Shown here in pieces: positions 13,419 through 26,594 of a DNA stretch of 64,000 bases. Location: the NCBI RefSeq assembly GCF_006345805.1, contig NC_043017.1:10788001-10852000 (forward strand), given 5' to 3'. Source of the DNA: Octopus sinensis (Eukaryota). The notes beneath the pieces were generated by a model. That model saw only the letters and a program-made list of their open reading frames with translations, made no database searches and had not been told where the DNA came from. The position numbers and the translations under genes were made by a program. Every line of letters starts with the position of its first letter. The stretch's first letter is position 1.

Positions 13419-14731
13419 TATTTATTTATTCTTCTTGTTTTCAAATTCTCACCTCTTCACTCTCAGAAAAGCAAATCTGTTGCCAAATTGAAGATGGTAC
13501 AATTGTTTGTGCCTGTTAATGTCAGTGGTAGTGGTCGGGATGGGTTAGTAGTGGTAGGTGATGTGTGTGTGTGTGTGTGTGGTGGTTGGTGGAAGGTACT
13601 AATTGGCAGGTGAACAATAGTTTGTTAACCTGCCAGGTTGTCTTAAGAAAAGATTAGCTGAAAAATAACAAAAGAACTGTGTCACCTCCGCTACCACCAC
13701 CACTATCACTGTTGCTACCTATTTCTTTATTACCCACAAGGGGCTAAACACAGAGGGGACAAACAAGGACAGACATAGGCATTAAGTCGATTACATCGAC
13801 TCCAATGCGTAACTGGTACTTAATTTATCGACCCCGAAAGGATGAAAGACAAATCACTGTTGCTACCACCACCACTACAGCCATCACTGTTGCTACCACC
13901 ACCACCTGCACCACCACTGTCGCCACCACCACTACAACCATCACTGTTGCATCCTGAAAGTGGATAGTTTGGATAATGAACTCCTGGTTCCCTGCACATA
14001 GGATGAAGACAGGATGGTCATGGTTGAAATGCCTTTTGATCAGGACTAACCTGGGGCTAAATATCAAACCCTCATTGTAATCATCATCATCATCATTTTA
14101 TTTTCAGATTTCCTTGCTGGCATGGCCAGGACAGGGTTTATCGAAACAGATTTTTCTACAGCTAAGTGCCCTTCTTGTTGCCAACCATCACCTGTCTCCC
14201 CCATGACTGGATGTGTTTTCAAAGAATATTGGAAACAAAATGACACCAGTTGTGTAGTAAAGCTTGTTTACAACTGTAACAGGATGTCAAGAAAAGAAGG
14301 CACACACACACAAAATTTTTGTTCTTTGAGTCACTCTGTTATTTCTGCTAAATATTATTGCAGCCCCACCCCGGCTTAACAGTTTTCAGTTGAACCGTCC
14401 AATCCATGCCAGCATGGAAAACGGATGTTAAATGATGATGATGATGATATATATTTACACACACACATAAGGAGAATATATTCAGAAGTGAATATTTTTT
14501 TATAAATATTATTGTTGTTATTATGTGGTAGTATAAATAGCTTATAACAACAATAATATATGTGGTTAGGGGAGTAAAATAGCATTAGATAGCTATAAAA
14601 TTAATATATATATATATATAATTATCAATAATAAAGGGTGAAATTAATTAATTAATTTAGAAATAATCATCAATTTCACCAAGTAGAGTTCGGCATGTAA
14701 AAGACCCATTCAAGGAAGGTTTAAGTAATAC

Positions 14732-15029
14732 TAAGTAATTAAGGGTTTAGCAATGATTTGCCTCACCACACACCGAATTTAGAAATAGCAGTCAAAAAGT
14801 TTTGGCTATTCTTTCTACTTAAAAGGGAGATCCCAGTAAAATCATTCTATATTAATATAGAATGATTTTCGTCATTTCTTTCTCTTTTGCCTGCGTCGTT
14901 TGTTTTTTAAGTGCTTTGGTTTTACCGGGATCCCCCTTTTAAGTAGAAAGAATAGCCAAAACTTTTTGACTGCTATTTCTAAATTCGGTGTGTGGTGAGG
15001 CAAATCGTTGCTAAACCCTTAATTACTTA
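14732..15029. repeat. About 110-bp inverted repeat with an internal perfect 32-bp palindrome
   Basis: Arms 14732-14841 and 14920-15029. Palindrome aaaatcattctatatt|aatatagaatgatttt at 14838-14869. Confidence 0.9.
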
Positions 15030-16122
15030 TTATATATATATAATGTGTGTGTGTGAGTGAGTGTGTTAAATTATAAGGCACAAAAAGAAAATGACTCTCC
15101 TCGGGCACAACAGAATCTTTCAAACCAAATCCCAAAACGAAATATATAATCTCAAACTATTTTGACCCATACATGTAACTCTCAATAAATGTATTGAATG
15201 CCCTTTTTTTGTTTGTCCACTCACTCGTCTGTGTGTGTATATATATATATATATATAAAAACCAGCTTAGAGAAGAAGAAGAAATGAAACGAAACCAAAC
15301 GAATCGAATCGACGCGAAGGCGCTCAGTCATACAATAGTGTAATAAATAAAATATATGCATACATACAAACATATATGTACATACCTACATCTACATGTA
15401 TATATACATGCATATATAAATATATATACGTGTGTAAAGGACACCACAAATAGATGTAAAACTCAACGAGAAACGAACACACATGCATACATATGTATAT
15501 ACACACATACACATTCTCTCACATAATGGTCTTTTTGTTTCCATTTACTGAATCCACTCACAAGGCTCTGGGTGCCTCTTGCCCAAAGTCCCATGCTGTA
15601 GGACTGAACCTGTAAAGCTGTAGTTTGGAAGGGATGTTCTTAACCACATGACCATGCCTGGGCTTGGATGCACAACACAAACGAGAGAGTTATTAGGTGC
15701 GAAAATGCTTTGAAACATATAATTAACAGATTGTGTTCTGAGCCAAATGTGTGTGCATGAGGAATGAGGTCAGTGGAGTGAGTTAATTAGTTTTATTGTT
15801 TAGTATTAATTAACTGACATTATCTGGGACAGAAAAATGGGATGGTGGTGTAGAACTCTAGGGTTCTGTGTATGAGCCTTTCTTTCGGTCTCTATGATGA
15901 CACAGGCATTCGTGGGCGAGTGTCTTCTGTTATAACCCTGGGTTGATCATGGCCTTGTGGATGGATTTGGTAAATGGAAATAGAAACTGCATGGAATTGT
16001 TCACATAACTCTGTATGTTTGTGGGTGTGTGCATACATGTGCACATGTGGGCATGTGTGTTTGCACATGAATAGGTGTTTGTGTGCAAGTGCATGGGTGC
16101 ATGAGGTTGGTGGTGGGTATTA

Positions 16123-16354
16123 GGGCGGCGAGCTGGCAGAAACGTTAGCACACCAGGCGAAATGTGTAGCTGTATTTCGTCTGCCGTTACGTTCTGAGTT
16201 CAAATTCCGCCGAGGTCGACTTTGCCTTTCATCTTTTCGGGGTCGATGAAATAAGTACCAGTTATGCACTGGGGTCGATGTAATCGACTTAATCCATTTG
16301 TCTGTCCTTGTTTGTCCCCTCTGTGTTTAGCCTCCTATGGGTAGTAAAGAAATA
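16123..16354 (+). mobile_element. SINE family B
   Basis: ggcggcgagctggcag...taaagaaata, with TSD ggtgggtatt. Confidence 0.85.
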
Positions 16355-17185
16355 GGTGGGTATTTGCGCATACATGTATGTGTGTGTGAGGGAGTGAGTT
16401 AGCATCTCCTTGCCTTCACTTCATATAATAATTGTAAAGGTTGAAAACGTGGTAAACTATTGCTTTACTTAGAGGAAGGGAAGACCTTCAGCTGTAGAAA
16501 ATCTGCCTCATCAAATTCTGTCCAACCCATGCAAGCATGGAAAAATGGACGTTAAACCCTTGATAGGAATGATGTTGCTAACCAATTTGTCATTAACCTG
16601 TCTATGACTGTCTCTGGCTCTTCTGCAATACAAACTTCCCTGTTGTAAAGTGATCTGATTTAAAATTGTGCATCAAATTTTCACGTCACTTCACGTTCAT
16701 ATCCTACCATTATAATAACAAATTTATTGTAAGTTTTTCATGATTTTCAAAATAATGTCCATGAGAATATCATCACACTTTCCTGCTACTAAGCCTCTCT
16801 ATATAGCTAAAGTAGAACATCCACCGAACCTATTGCCCAACTGGAAGAGTACTGTGAGCGCCTGATGATATTCTAGGTGCAGCTCCGTCAAAGAGATGAG
16901 CTGCGGAACGGCCTGTCTCCCAAACGGAGCCTACATACGTTCAGCGTCTAGAAATTGCTGCAGCTGGTGCAACCTGAGTGCAAGTCTGCACATCAAAAGC
17001 CATGGCAAACCTAAGCCGCCACACAGAGGGAGCTGGCAGCAGATTGAGCGCCTGACCATTGGAATGCACCCCTTCCAGAAGAGAATAAACAAGAGACGCT
17101 CCAACCTAATCAAGCAGTAACTGGGTCAAGGTACGATGGTCAGCTAATCTCCAACATCGCATAAATTAAGTTCAATTTAGTAATA

Positions 17186-17688
17186 ACTAGCAGTATCGCC
17201 CGGCGTTGCTCGGGTTTGTAAGGGAAATAACTATAAAGCATTTTTAGAGAGTTATAGCCAAAAAATAGCAAAAAAATGCATTAAAAATGAGAAAAAAATG
17301 ATGGTAAATTTTTTTTTTAATCGTTGACTCATCGTAGACATTTTTAGAGAGTTACTTCCCTTATATAATAGCGAAAAAAATGCATTAAAAATGGGAAAAA
17401 AATTATGGTAAATTTTTTTTTTAATCGTTGACTCATCGTAGACATTTTTAGAGAGTTACTTCCTTATATAATAGCGAAAAAAATGCATTAAAATGGAAAA
17501 AAATGATGGTAAATTATTTTTAAAATCGTAGACTCATTATAGACGCGTGCTAATACCCAGAAGGGCTCGATATGAATCACGACTATAAGCTACCCGGTTT
17601 TGGTTAAACTGCACCGCAAAATGTGGGAGTAGTTAGGAATCTAAATCGTTGGAGACAGACACACAACCTTACTTTTATATATAAAGAT
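17186..17688 (-). mobile_element. Non-autonomous Helentron/DINE-1-like element with internal ~100-bp tandem repeats
   Basis: Ends actagc...cccggcgttgctcggg (subterminal hairpin) and tttatatataaagat. Three internal repeats beginning catttttagagagtta. Confidence 0.7.
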
Positions 17689-18145
17689 GAATTTTTAGAA
17701 AATGAAAATACCTCTGTATTTTCTTTCCTTTTGGTTAAATTTTTTTTTAAAGAATTTAAACATTGAAACCATTTATTTCAACAGAAATATGGTAACAAAA
17801 GGGTTAAAGTGATCTAAATTAAAACCTTCTATCAGAATTTCATGTTTATGTTCTAAACACCAGCTTAACAATGACAAAGTTATTTTCCTAAATTCTTCAT
17901 TATTTTCAAGATATATTGAAATAAAGCCAGTGTGTTTCAACAAAAATGTGGGAACAAAGGGGTCACTCAGTATTTTCCTGTCAGGGACTAAATGCCAGAC
18001 ATTTTTAAGGAATGGTTTTACTGATTAAGATTGATTTTATGTAACCCTTAGGTACTTAATCTCATGACCTCTGAAAGATGATGGGGTAGAGGAAAAACAA
18101 AAGGGAAAAATTAACCCTATTTGGATATGAATTGAGATTCTAGAG

Positions 18146-18386
18146 CAGTGCTGGGCAACTTTTCGTCAACTGGGGGCCTGCATCGTACTATTTCCAAGTG
18201 GGAAACGGCCACAAGATAAAATACACATGCATGAGATATTACTTTATCTTTTTACACCGAATGTTTTGTAATTCTTCCTAATTTTATTTGTTTTAGTATG
18301 AAAGTTTATCTCAGTATGAAATTACTAACCCAGGAACTTGTCGGGGGCCACACAACATGTTGTGGGCCATAGGTTGCTCATGCATG
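18146..18386 (+). mobile_element. hAT (Charlie/Buster-like) MITE that seeded the adjacent satellite
   Basis: Left end cagtgctgggcaac preceded by ttctagag (18138-18145). Right end gttgctcatgcatg followed by ttcta(c/g)ag. Confidence 0.7.
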
Positions 18387-20213
18387 TTCTACAGGCATAA
18401 CAAGTATGCTTCAAAGTGGTCGTTTATTTTTCTAGAAATAGTAACCAAATCTCCCTCCAGTATGAAATTACTAACCCAGAAACTTGTCGGGGGGCCACAC
18501 AACATGTCGTGGGCCGTAGGTTGCTCATGCATGTTCTAGAGGCATAACAAGTATGCTTCAAAGTGGTCGTTTATTTTTCTAGAAATAGTAACCAAATCTC
18601 CCTCCAGTATGAAATTACTAACCCAGAAACTTGTTGGGGGGCCACACAACATGTCGTGGGCCGTAGGTTGCTCATGCATGTTCTAGAGGCATAACAAGTA
18701 TGCTTCAAAGTGGTCGTTTAGTTTTCTAGAAATAGTAACCAAATCTCCCTCCAGTATGAAATTAGTAACCCAGAAACTTGTCGGGGGCCACACAACATGT
18801 CGTGGGCCGTAGGTTGCTCATGCATGTTCTAGAGGCATAACAAGTATGCTTCAAAGTGGTCGTTTATTTTTCTAGAAATAGTAACCAAATCTCCCTCCAG
18901 TATGAAATTACTAAGCCAGGAACTTGTCGGGGGCCACACAACATGTTGTGGGCCATAGGTTGCTCATGCATGTTCTACAGGCATAACAAATATGCTTCAA
19001 AGTGGTCGTTTATTTTTCTAGAAATAGTAACCAAATCTCCCTCCAGTATGAAATTAGTAACCCAGAAACATGTCGGGGGCCACACAACATGTCGTGGGCC
19101 GTAGGTTGCTCATGCATGTTCTACAGGCATAACAAGTATGCTTCGAAGTGGTCGTTTATTTTTCTAGAAATAGTAACCAAATCTCCCTCCAGTATGAAAT
19201 TAGTAACCCAGAAACTTGTCGGGGGCCACACAACATGTCGTGAGCCGTAGGTTTCTCATGCATGTTCTAGAGGCATAACAAGTATGCTTCAAAGTGGTCG
19301 TTTATTTTTCTAGAAATAGTAAAACAAATCTCCTCCAGTATGAAATTACTAACCCAGAAACTTGTCGGGGGCCACACAACATGTCGTGGGCCGTTAGGTT
19401 GCTCATGCATGTTCTAGAGGCATAACAAGTATGCTTCAAAGTGGTCGTTTATTTTTCTAGAAATAGTAACCAAATCTCCCTCCATATGAAATTACTAACC
19501 CAGAAACTTGTCGGGGGCCACACAACATGTCGTGGGCCGTAGGTTGCTCATGCATGTTCTAGAGGCATAACAAGTATGCTTCAAAGTGGTCGTTTATTTT
19601 TCTAGAAATAGTAACCAAATCTCCCTCCAGTATGAAATTACTAACCCGAAACTTGTCGGGGGCCACACAACATGTCGTGGGCCGTAGGTTGCTCATGCAT
19701 GTTCTAGAGGCATAACAAGTATGCTTCAAAGTGGTCGTTTATTTTTCTAGAAATAGTAACCAAATCTCCCTCCAGTATGAAATTACTAACCCAGAAACTT
19801 GTTGGGGGGCCACACAACATGTCGTGGGCCGTAGGTTGCTCATGCATGTTCTAGAGGCATAACAAGTATGCTTCAAAGTGGTCGTTTATTTTTCTAGAAA
19901 TAGTAACCAAATCTCCCTCCAGTATGAAATTACTAACCCAGAAACTTGTTGGGGGGCCACACAACATGTCGTGGGCCGTAGGTTGCTCATGCATGTTCTA
20001 GAGGCATACAAGTATGCTTCTTCAAAGTGGTCGTTTAGTTTTCTAGAAATAGTAACCAAATCTCCTCCAGTATGAAATTACTAACCCAGAAACTTGTCGG
20101 GGGCCACACAACATGTCGTGGGCCGTAGGTTGCTCATGCATGTTCTAGAGGCATAACAAGTATGCTTCAAAGTGGTCGTTTAGTTTTCTAGAAACAGTAA
20201 CCAAATCTCCCTC
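18312..20213. repeat. Tandem array of 13 x ~146-bp units
   Basis: Unit cagtatgaaattactaacccagaaac...accaaatctccctc recurs at 18312, 18458, 18605, 18752, 18898 and so on to 20068. Confidence 0.97.
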
Positions 20214-20491
20214 ACATCACACGTTACACTCATAACATCAAAAAAAAAATGAGGGATGTCTTCTGTAATGTTGTTCTTCATTACATCTTGTCTGAATAGA
20301 AGACAGAATGGCCATGGCTGGAATAACTTTGGGGATAGAGCTGTTGGAATGGTGCTGGTCTAGGGGTTACATAACAACATCCACAACAACAATGGTATTG
20401 TCTGATGCTCTACCGATTCCACTGTTGACTGATTTCTTTGAAGGATAAATGTGCTTGGAATTATTTTAGCCTCAAACATGTAGACATGTGT

Positions 20492-20530
<39 letters not shown>

Positions 20531-20619
20531 TGCATACACATGTGAGAATGCATATAAGCATGTATATATGCATACATTGTGTGTATACATAAGGACCAGC
20601 ATGTATACATGTACATATT

Positions 20620-21012
20620 GCAGGAGTAGCTGTGTGGTAAGTAGCTTGCTAACCAACCACATGGTTCCGGGTTCAGTCCCACTGCGTGGCATCTTGGGCG
20701 AGTGTCTTCTGCTATAGCCCCGGGCCGACCAAAGCCTTGTGAGTGGATTTGGTAGACGGAAACTGAAAGAAGCCTGTTGTATATATGTATATATATGTGT
20801 GTGTATGTGTTTGTGTGTCTGTGTTTGTCCTCCTAGCATTGCTTGACAACCGATGCTGGTGTGTTTACGTCCCCGTCACTTAGTGGTTCGGCAAAAAGTG
20901 ACCGATAGAATAAGTACTGGGCTTGCAAAGAATAAGTCCCAGGGTCGATTTGCTCGACTAAAAGGCGGTGCTCCAGCATGGCCGCAGTCAAATGACTGAA
21001 ACAAGTAAAAGA
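20620..21012 (+). mobile_element. SINE family A
   Basis: Near full-length match to the other family A copies. Confidence 0.85.
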
Positions 21013-21339
21013 AATATCCATGTATGTATGTGTGAATGTGTATAAGGATGTATGTATAGATAAGGATAAACATGTGTGCATGAAACACTCGCTCATGTTG
21101 CGCATGCACCCACATGTACAGTTTTGTGCAATTGGTGTGATGGAATTTCTTTGTTTTCCTGGAAATCTCTTTATTTAGACAAATTTTTCAGAAATTCTGA
21201 AATGTTCCTGGTCTAATGGGGTCAGAATGGTGGTGGTGTGTGTGTGTGGGGGGGGGGAGATAGTGAGTGAGTGAGAGAAGGAAGGAGACCAGCAGGGAGG
21301 AAATGAGAGAGTACAATGTAAATGAATTGCAAGGAGAGA

Positions 21340-21800
21340 GAGAGAGAAAGAGAGAAATAAGAAGGGGAGGAAAAGATGGAGAGAGATAGTGAAAGGTGAG
21401 AAGGGGAGGGAGAGTAGGAAGGGAGAGACAGTAAAAGAGAACAGCAGGGAAAAAAGGAGAAAGTAAGAGTACTATGAGGGGTAAATGCAAGAAGAGAGAG
21501 AGAGAGGGGGGAGAGAAATAAGAAGGGGAGGAAAAGATGGAGAGAGATGGTGAAGGGAGAGTAGGAAGGGAGAGACAGTAAAAGAGAACAGCAGGGAGGA
21601 AGGAGAAAGTAAGAGTACTATGAGGGTGAAATGCAAGAAGAGAGAGGGAGAGAAATAAGAAGGGGAGGAAAAGATGGAGAGAGATAGTGAAGGGAGAGTA
21701 GGAAGGGAGAGACAGTAAAAGAGAACAGCAGGGAGGAAAGGAGAAAGTAAGAGTACTATGAGGGTGAAATGCAAGAGAGAGAGAGAGAGAGAGAGAGTAG
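21340..21800. repeat. Polypurine tandem repeat, about 3 units of 140-160 bp
   Basis: agagaaataagaaggggaggaaaagatggagagagat...gagtactatgaggg recurs at about 21351, 21512 and 21650. Confidence 0.85.
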
Positions 21801-22171
21801 CAAGGGGAAAGTGAGAGTACAGTTGGGTGTGTCTAGCAAGAGAAAGGGAGGGAGGGAGCAGAGGAGCATGAAAGGAAGATTACATTTTATAACAGCCGCA
21901 AAGAAGAGTTTATTGTGGTTTGAATGAAGACATTGGTGCATGAACAAGTGGCTGTGGAGAAATGGGGGAATAAATGGGTTTACTCTTTTACTCTTTTACT
22001 TGTTTCAGTCATTTGACTGCGGCCAAGCTGGAGCACCACCTTTAATCGAGCAACTTGCATATGCAAGTGCTACCAGTTGAAAACTCCACATACCAGGAGC
22101 TAGCAAGTTTATGGGGTCATCAGGGGAGAATGCATTCTGTTTCAAGGCCTACCTCTTGATGGCATCATTGT

Positions 22172-22584
22172 TACTCTTTTACTCTTTTACTTGTTTCAGT
22201 CATTTGACTGCGGCCATGCTGGAGCACCGCCTTTTAGTCGAGCAAATCGACCCCGGGACTTATTCTTTGTAAGCCCAGTACTTATTCTATCGATCTCTTT
22301 TGCCGAACCGCTAAGTCACGGGGACGTAAACACACCAGCATTGGTTGTCAAGCAATGCTAGAGGGACAAACACAGACACCCAAACATATACACACACATA
22401 CATATATATATACATATATACGACAGGCTTCTTTCAGGTTCCGTCTACCAAATCCACTCACAAGGCATTGGTTGGCCCGAGGCTATAGCAGAAGACACTT
22501 GCCCAAGATGCCACGCAGTGGGACTGAACCCGGAACCATGTGGTTGGTTAGCAAGCTACTTACCACACAGCCACTCCTGCGCCT
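22172..22584 (-). mobile_element. SINE family A, full length
   Basis: Reverse complement of ggcgcaggagtggctgtgtgg...aagtaaaagagtaaaagagta. Confidence 0.88.
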
Positions 22585-23008
22585 GTTCCATAGTTTATGC
22601 CTGTTCTTTTATTTTCTACTCCATTTCAGTGTTTAGATGTGTGGCCATGCTGGGGCACCCACCACCTTCTTACTAAACAATCCTTTACATTGACTCTCCC
22701 GTCCTTCCAGCATTTATTTCATCCATTTGGCCCTCAAGGATTTTTCAAAGCTCTGACTGTTTTTTCAGAGTTTCTGATGCAGCAGAGAGAGAGGGGGGGG
22801 GGTAAAAAGTTCCATCAGTTACACTGCAGAGTTGGCCATTAGGGTGGCTTTGGATAAAGCAGGCTGAGCAGGGGTTTGCAGCTTTTGGGATGCAAGATGG
22901 GTTAACAGGATGAGTATGGGGTCTGGTATTGAAAGGTCCGAAACCCCACTGAGATCACAGAAACATCACTGACGATGCATGTCAAAGAATCTTTGAGATG
23001 TACCTTAA

Positions 23009-23229
23009 CCCTTTCGTTACTGTATTTATTTTGAGATGCTCTGTGTTTCTTCCAATTATTTTAAATATAAGAAATAATTTAGTAAAATAACATCGTTATC
23101 ATTGAGCTAGTGTTAGGAACATAAATTGTGACTAAGATTTGGTAGAAATTTTGCATTCAAAACTTATGAAAACAAGACATTTATACTAAAGAGCCAGAGC
23201 CGGTTTCAGCCGGGTTGGTAACGAAAGAG
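23009..23229. mobile_element. piggyBac-type MITE
   Basis: TTAA on both sides (23005-23008, 23230-23233). TIRs ccctttcgttac / gtaacgaaagag. Confidence 0.85.
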
Positions 23230-23337
23230 TTAAAACTATCAAAGATTGAAATGCAAACTGGGGCCTCAAAGCAGAAGCACAGTGGACCCAATGTAACCAC
23301 ACATGCTTTTCCTTCTCTGGACCATCTCTTTCTCTTC

Positions 23338-23371
23338 TTTCTGACAAAGAGCCATTGCTCAAAACTTTAAA
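23338..23371 (+). ncRNA. Decayed minimal hammerhead motif
   Basis: ttt-CTGACAA-a-gagc(catt)gctc-AAAAC-ttt-aaa. G8 and G12 lost by changes consistent with CpG decay. Same family as 434 and 45315. Confidence 0.5.
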
Positions 23372-23989
23372 AACTCGCTCTTCCACCTTTACCGAGCGTC
23401 AAGCTAATACATTCCGTATGTAGAACCTTTTGCTTTGTTGTTTTTAATGTTCGATTTCACACACATACACACGTGCGTGCGCATGTATATGTGTGTGTGT
23501 GTGTGTGTGCAAAGGCGTGTAACTTAGTAGAATAACTGGTTCACATTTGTAAGGTCTTGAGTTCAATTCTTGGTGGTGTGTTGTATCCTTGAGCAAGACA
23601 CTTTACTTCACGTTACTCCAGTTCACTCAGCTGGTAAAAAATGAGTGTCACTATCTCACACACTGTTCATTCATTTCCAGTAGTCAACAAAAACCTGTCT
23701 GATTGTGTGTGTGGGGGGGAAACTTTGCTTGGAAACTGGTGAGGGTTGGTGACAGCCAAGGCATCAAGCTATAGGAAATTTGCCCAGATAAACTCCATCA
23801 AACCCATACCAGCATGATTAAGGGTACAGTACAATGATTATTATTTCTTGCTGTTCTTGTTCTACCATGACTAAGAGCTATGCACCCGAAATATCGATGT
23901 GTCACTTTGCATACTACTGCTGCTGCTGTTACTACTACTACTATTACTACCACCACCACTACTACTACCACTACTACTACTACTACTAC

Positions 23990-24024
<35 letters not shown>

Positions 24025-25531
24025 TATTGATGAATATGATTAAATCTGCATTGTTGGCAACTTCTCACATGCTTCTAAATATGGTTTCAAAAAAATAGAA
24101 CTGTATACAAATGTCTGTTTGTGTGTGAATGTGTATATGTGCATGGGTGTGTGGAAGTGTATGTATGCATTTTTGTGCACCTGTGCGTGCATATGAGTGA
24201 ATGTGTGTGTGTGTATATATGTGAGTGTGAATGTGTATATATCTATTTATCTCAAGCAGCAAGATTATAGAATTGCCATTGAAGATTACCCAGCCACTTA
24301 TGGTAGGTGGGGTAAGGCCATTATCAACCACATCAGATATTACCTCCTTTTGTCACGGGGGGGGGGAGGGAGGGGGAGATTACTTGCATGAATAATCGGA
24401 ATTTTTACAATGACAAAGCAGTTGCAGTGTTGTTGTTGTTGTGAGACAAACTCCATTCTGTTATTGTTATTTCATTCGTTTCATTCATTGAACTGTTGTC
24501 ACTTTGTTAAGCCTAACCTCAAGTAACCAATGGTTGCTCTCAAATCAGTCACTTCCTGCTTTCAAGCTGAAAGGACGTGTTCCCTTGCGCTGCTACTACA
24601 ACATCCTCGTCTTGCCAAACAAAAGTCCTTTTCGTTTTGCTTTTCTCGTTTGTTTTCTTGTCTTTTGATTTCTCGTTTTGTATTTTCTTTTTATTTCTCG
24701 TTTTGTATTTTCTTGGCACATAAAATCACACACTACACTCTCAGAGTGGTTGGCGTTAGGAAGGGCATCCAGCTGTAGAAACACTGCCAGATCTGACTGG
24801 CCTGATGCAGCCTTCTGGCTCCCCAGACCCCAGTTGAACCGTCCAACCCATGCTAGCATGGAAGGCGGACGTTAAATGATGATGTGTATCTTTATCTTGT
24901 ATTTTATTTTGCATTTGTATCGTTTTTACGTCCTGTTTTTGTCACATGTTTTTCTTGTCTGTTTTTGCCCCTATGCGAGGCAATTTTATTTTAATTCTCT
25001 CGCAATGAAGGACTAGTTGACGAGTCGTGTCCTGTTTTATCCTTCGAAACACGCTTGAGTTAGCTAGAGACAGCTGATGAACTGGGGATTTTTCCTGTGT
25101 GGTTTGTCCTGTACCTTGTTTTTCTGTTGTAAAAAATAATGTTTTTCCTGTTTCTGTTTCGTCTCTGTTTTTTTGTTGTAAAAATATGGCTTGTCCGTTT
25201 TCGTTTTTCGTTGAGTTCTACGTCTAGTTGCAGTGTCCTGTACTCACGTATATATATTTATATATGCATGTATATATACATGTAGGTATTGTCTGACAGC
25301 GCGTTCTCGTCAGGGTCGATTCGATTCGTCGTTTCGTCCCACTTCCCTTCCTCCCAGTTTTGTTATATATATATATATATATATATATTTAACTTACGTG
25401 TAATCACAGGGATATGAGTTCAAGTGTCATGGTTGGCTGGTAACAATTTTTTCTGCCATATATGGATAGTTTATCCTGTTCATGCTATTGTATTAGCATT
25501 ATCATGCGTTTGAGAAATTATTTCTGTATAT

Positions 25532-25595
<64 letters not shown>

Positions 25596-26111
25596 TGTCC
25601 AGCTACCTTGTTTTTAAAACTTATAGTGCATGAACAGAGCTTGAAAGATTGCTTTAAGATACAAGATGTATTTTATAAGTGTGCCTGTTCAAGTATTGTA
25701 ATAGCATGAAACTATTGGTAGCTCTTCCACTTGTGTAATTTGATATATGCAAGTGAGTGGACAGACGAAAGAAAAGGGCACTCAACACATTCACTAGGAG
25801 TTACATGTATTGTTTAAAATGATTTGATTCAGTTCCGTGCAATTTTACAGGCTCCTGACGGGAGCCCGATTCCTTCAGGCTTCTGGAATGCCAAATATAT
25901 AAAGTTTTAAAAATTGAACAGAAGCACAACAAAATAAACAGAAAATTCACACACAAGACATGGATGCAGTCTTTCCTCATCAGTTATTGTCCACTTGCTC
26001 CCAAGTGCCACTGGTGACAATTAACCCAGTACAACCTGTCACATGATTGGGTTGTCAGTGACTAAACTTGTAACCTCACTGAAGCTGCTTGGTGGGGGTT
26101 ACTGGTTTACT

Positions 26112-26256
26112 GGATTTATCGGACAAGCTGTGGGACAGGAGGATTTATTGGACAACCTGTGGGACAGGAGGATTTATCGGACAACCTGTGGGACAGGAGG
26201 ATTTATCGGACAACCTGTGGGGCAGGAGGATTTATTGGACAACCTGTGGGACAGGA
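26112..26256. repeat. 29-bp minisatellite, about 5 copies
   Basis: Unit ggatttatcggacaacctgtgggacagga. Confidence 0.92.
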
Positions 26257-26594
26257 AACCCTATCAAAGGGTGGAGGAATTCAAGAAAGTCAACGACCAC
26301 CCAATAATTGTGTGCATGTGTGAGCGTGTGTGTGTGTGTATTCTAGGCAGATATGCTCCAGGGTGTAGAAATACTCAAGTTGGTGTTTGAGGGCACAATA
26401 AACCCAATGTGAATGAGTTACCCCAGTTCTTTATCAATGCATCCCTCTAACACATCGTTTCTCAACTGGGGTTCCCCAGAAGGTTCCTAGGGGTTCCACA
26501 AGAAAGCGTGAGATAAGCTAATGCTAATTTCATGATTATAATATTACTGTACATGCACATTTATATGTGCATATACATATATTATATATATATA

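Noticed and set aside
18312-20213. Possible CRISPR-like array
   Set aside because: Units are entirely repeated with no unique spacers, the context is eukaryotic and there are no cas genes. The same applies to the 29-bp and 37-bp arrays.
25074-25110. ctgatga core; similar strings at 16862 and on the minus strand near 25983 and 59530
   Set aside because: No stem II followed by GAAA, so not called as hammerheads.
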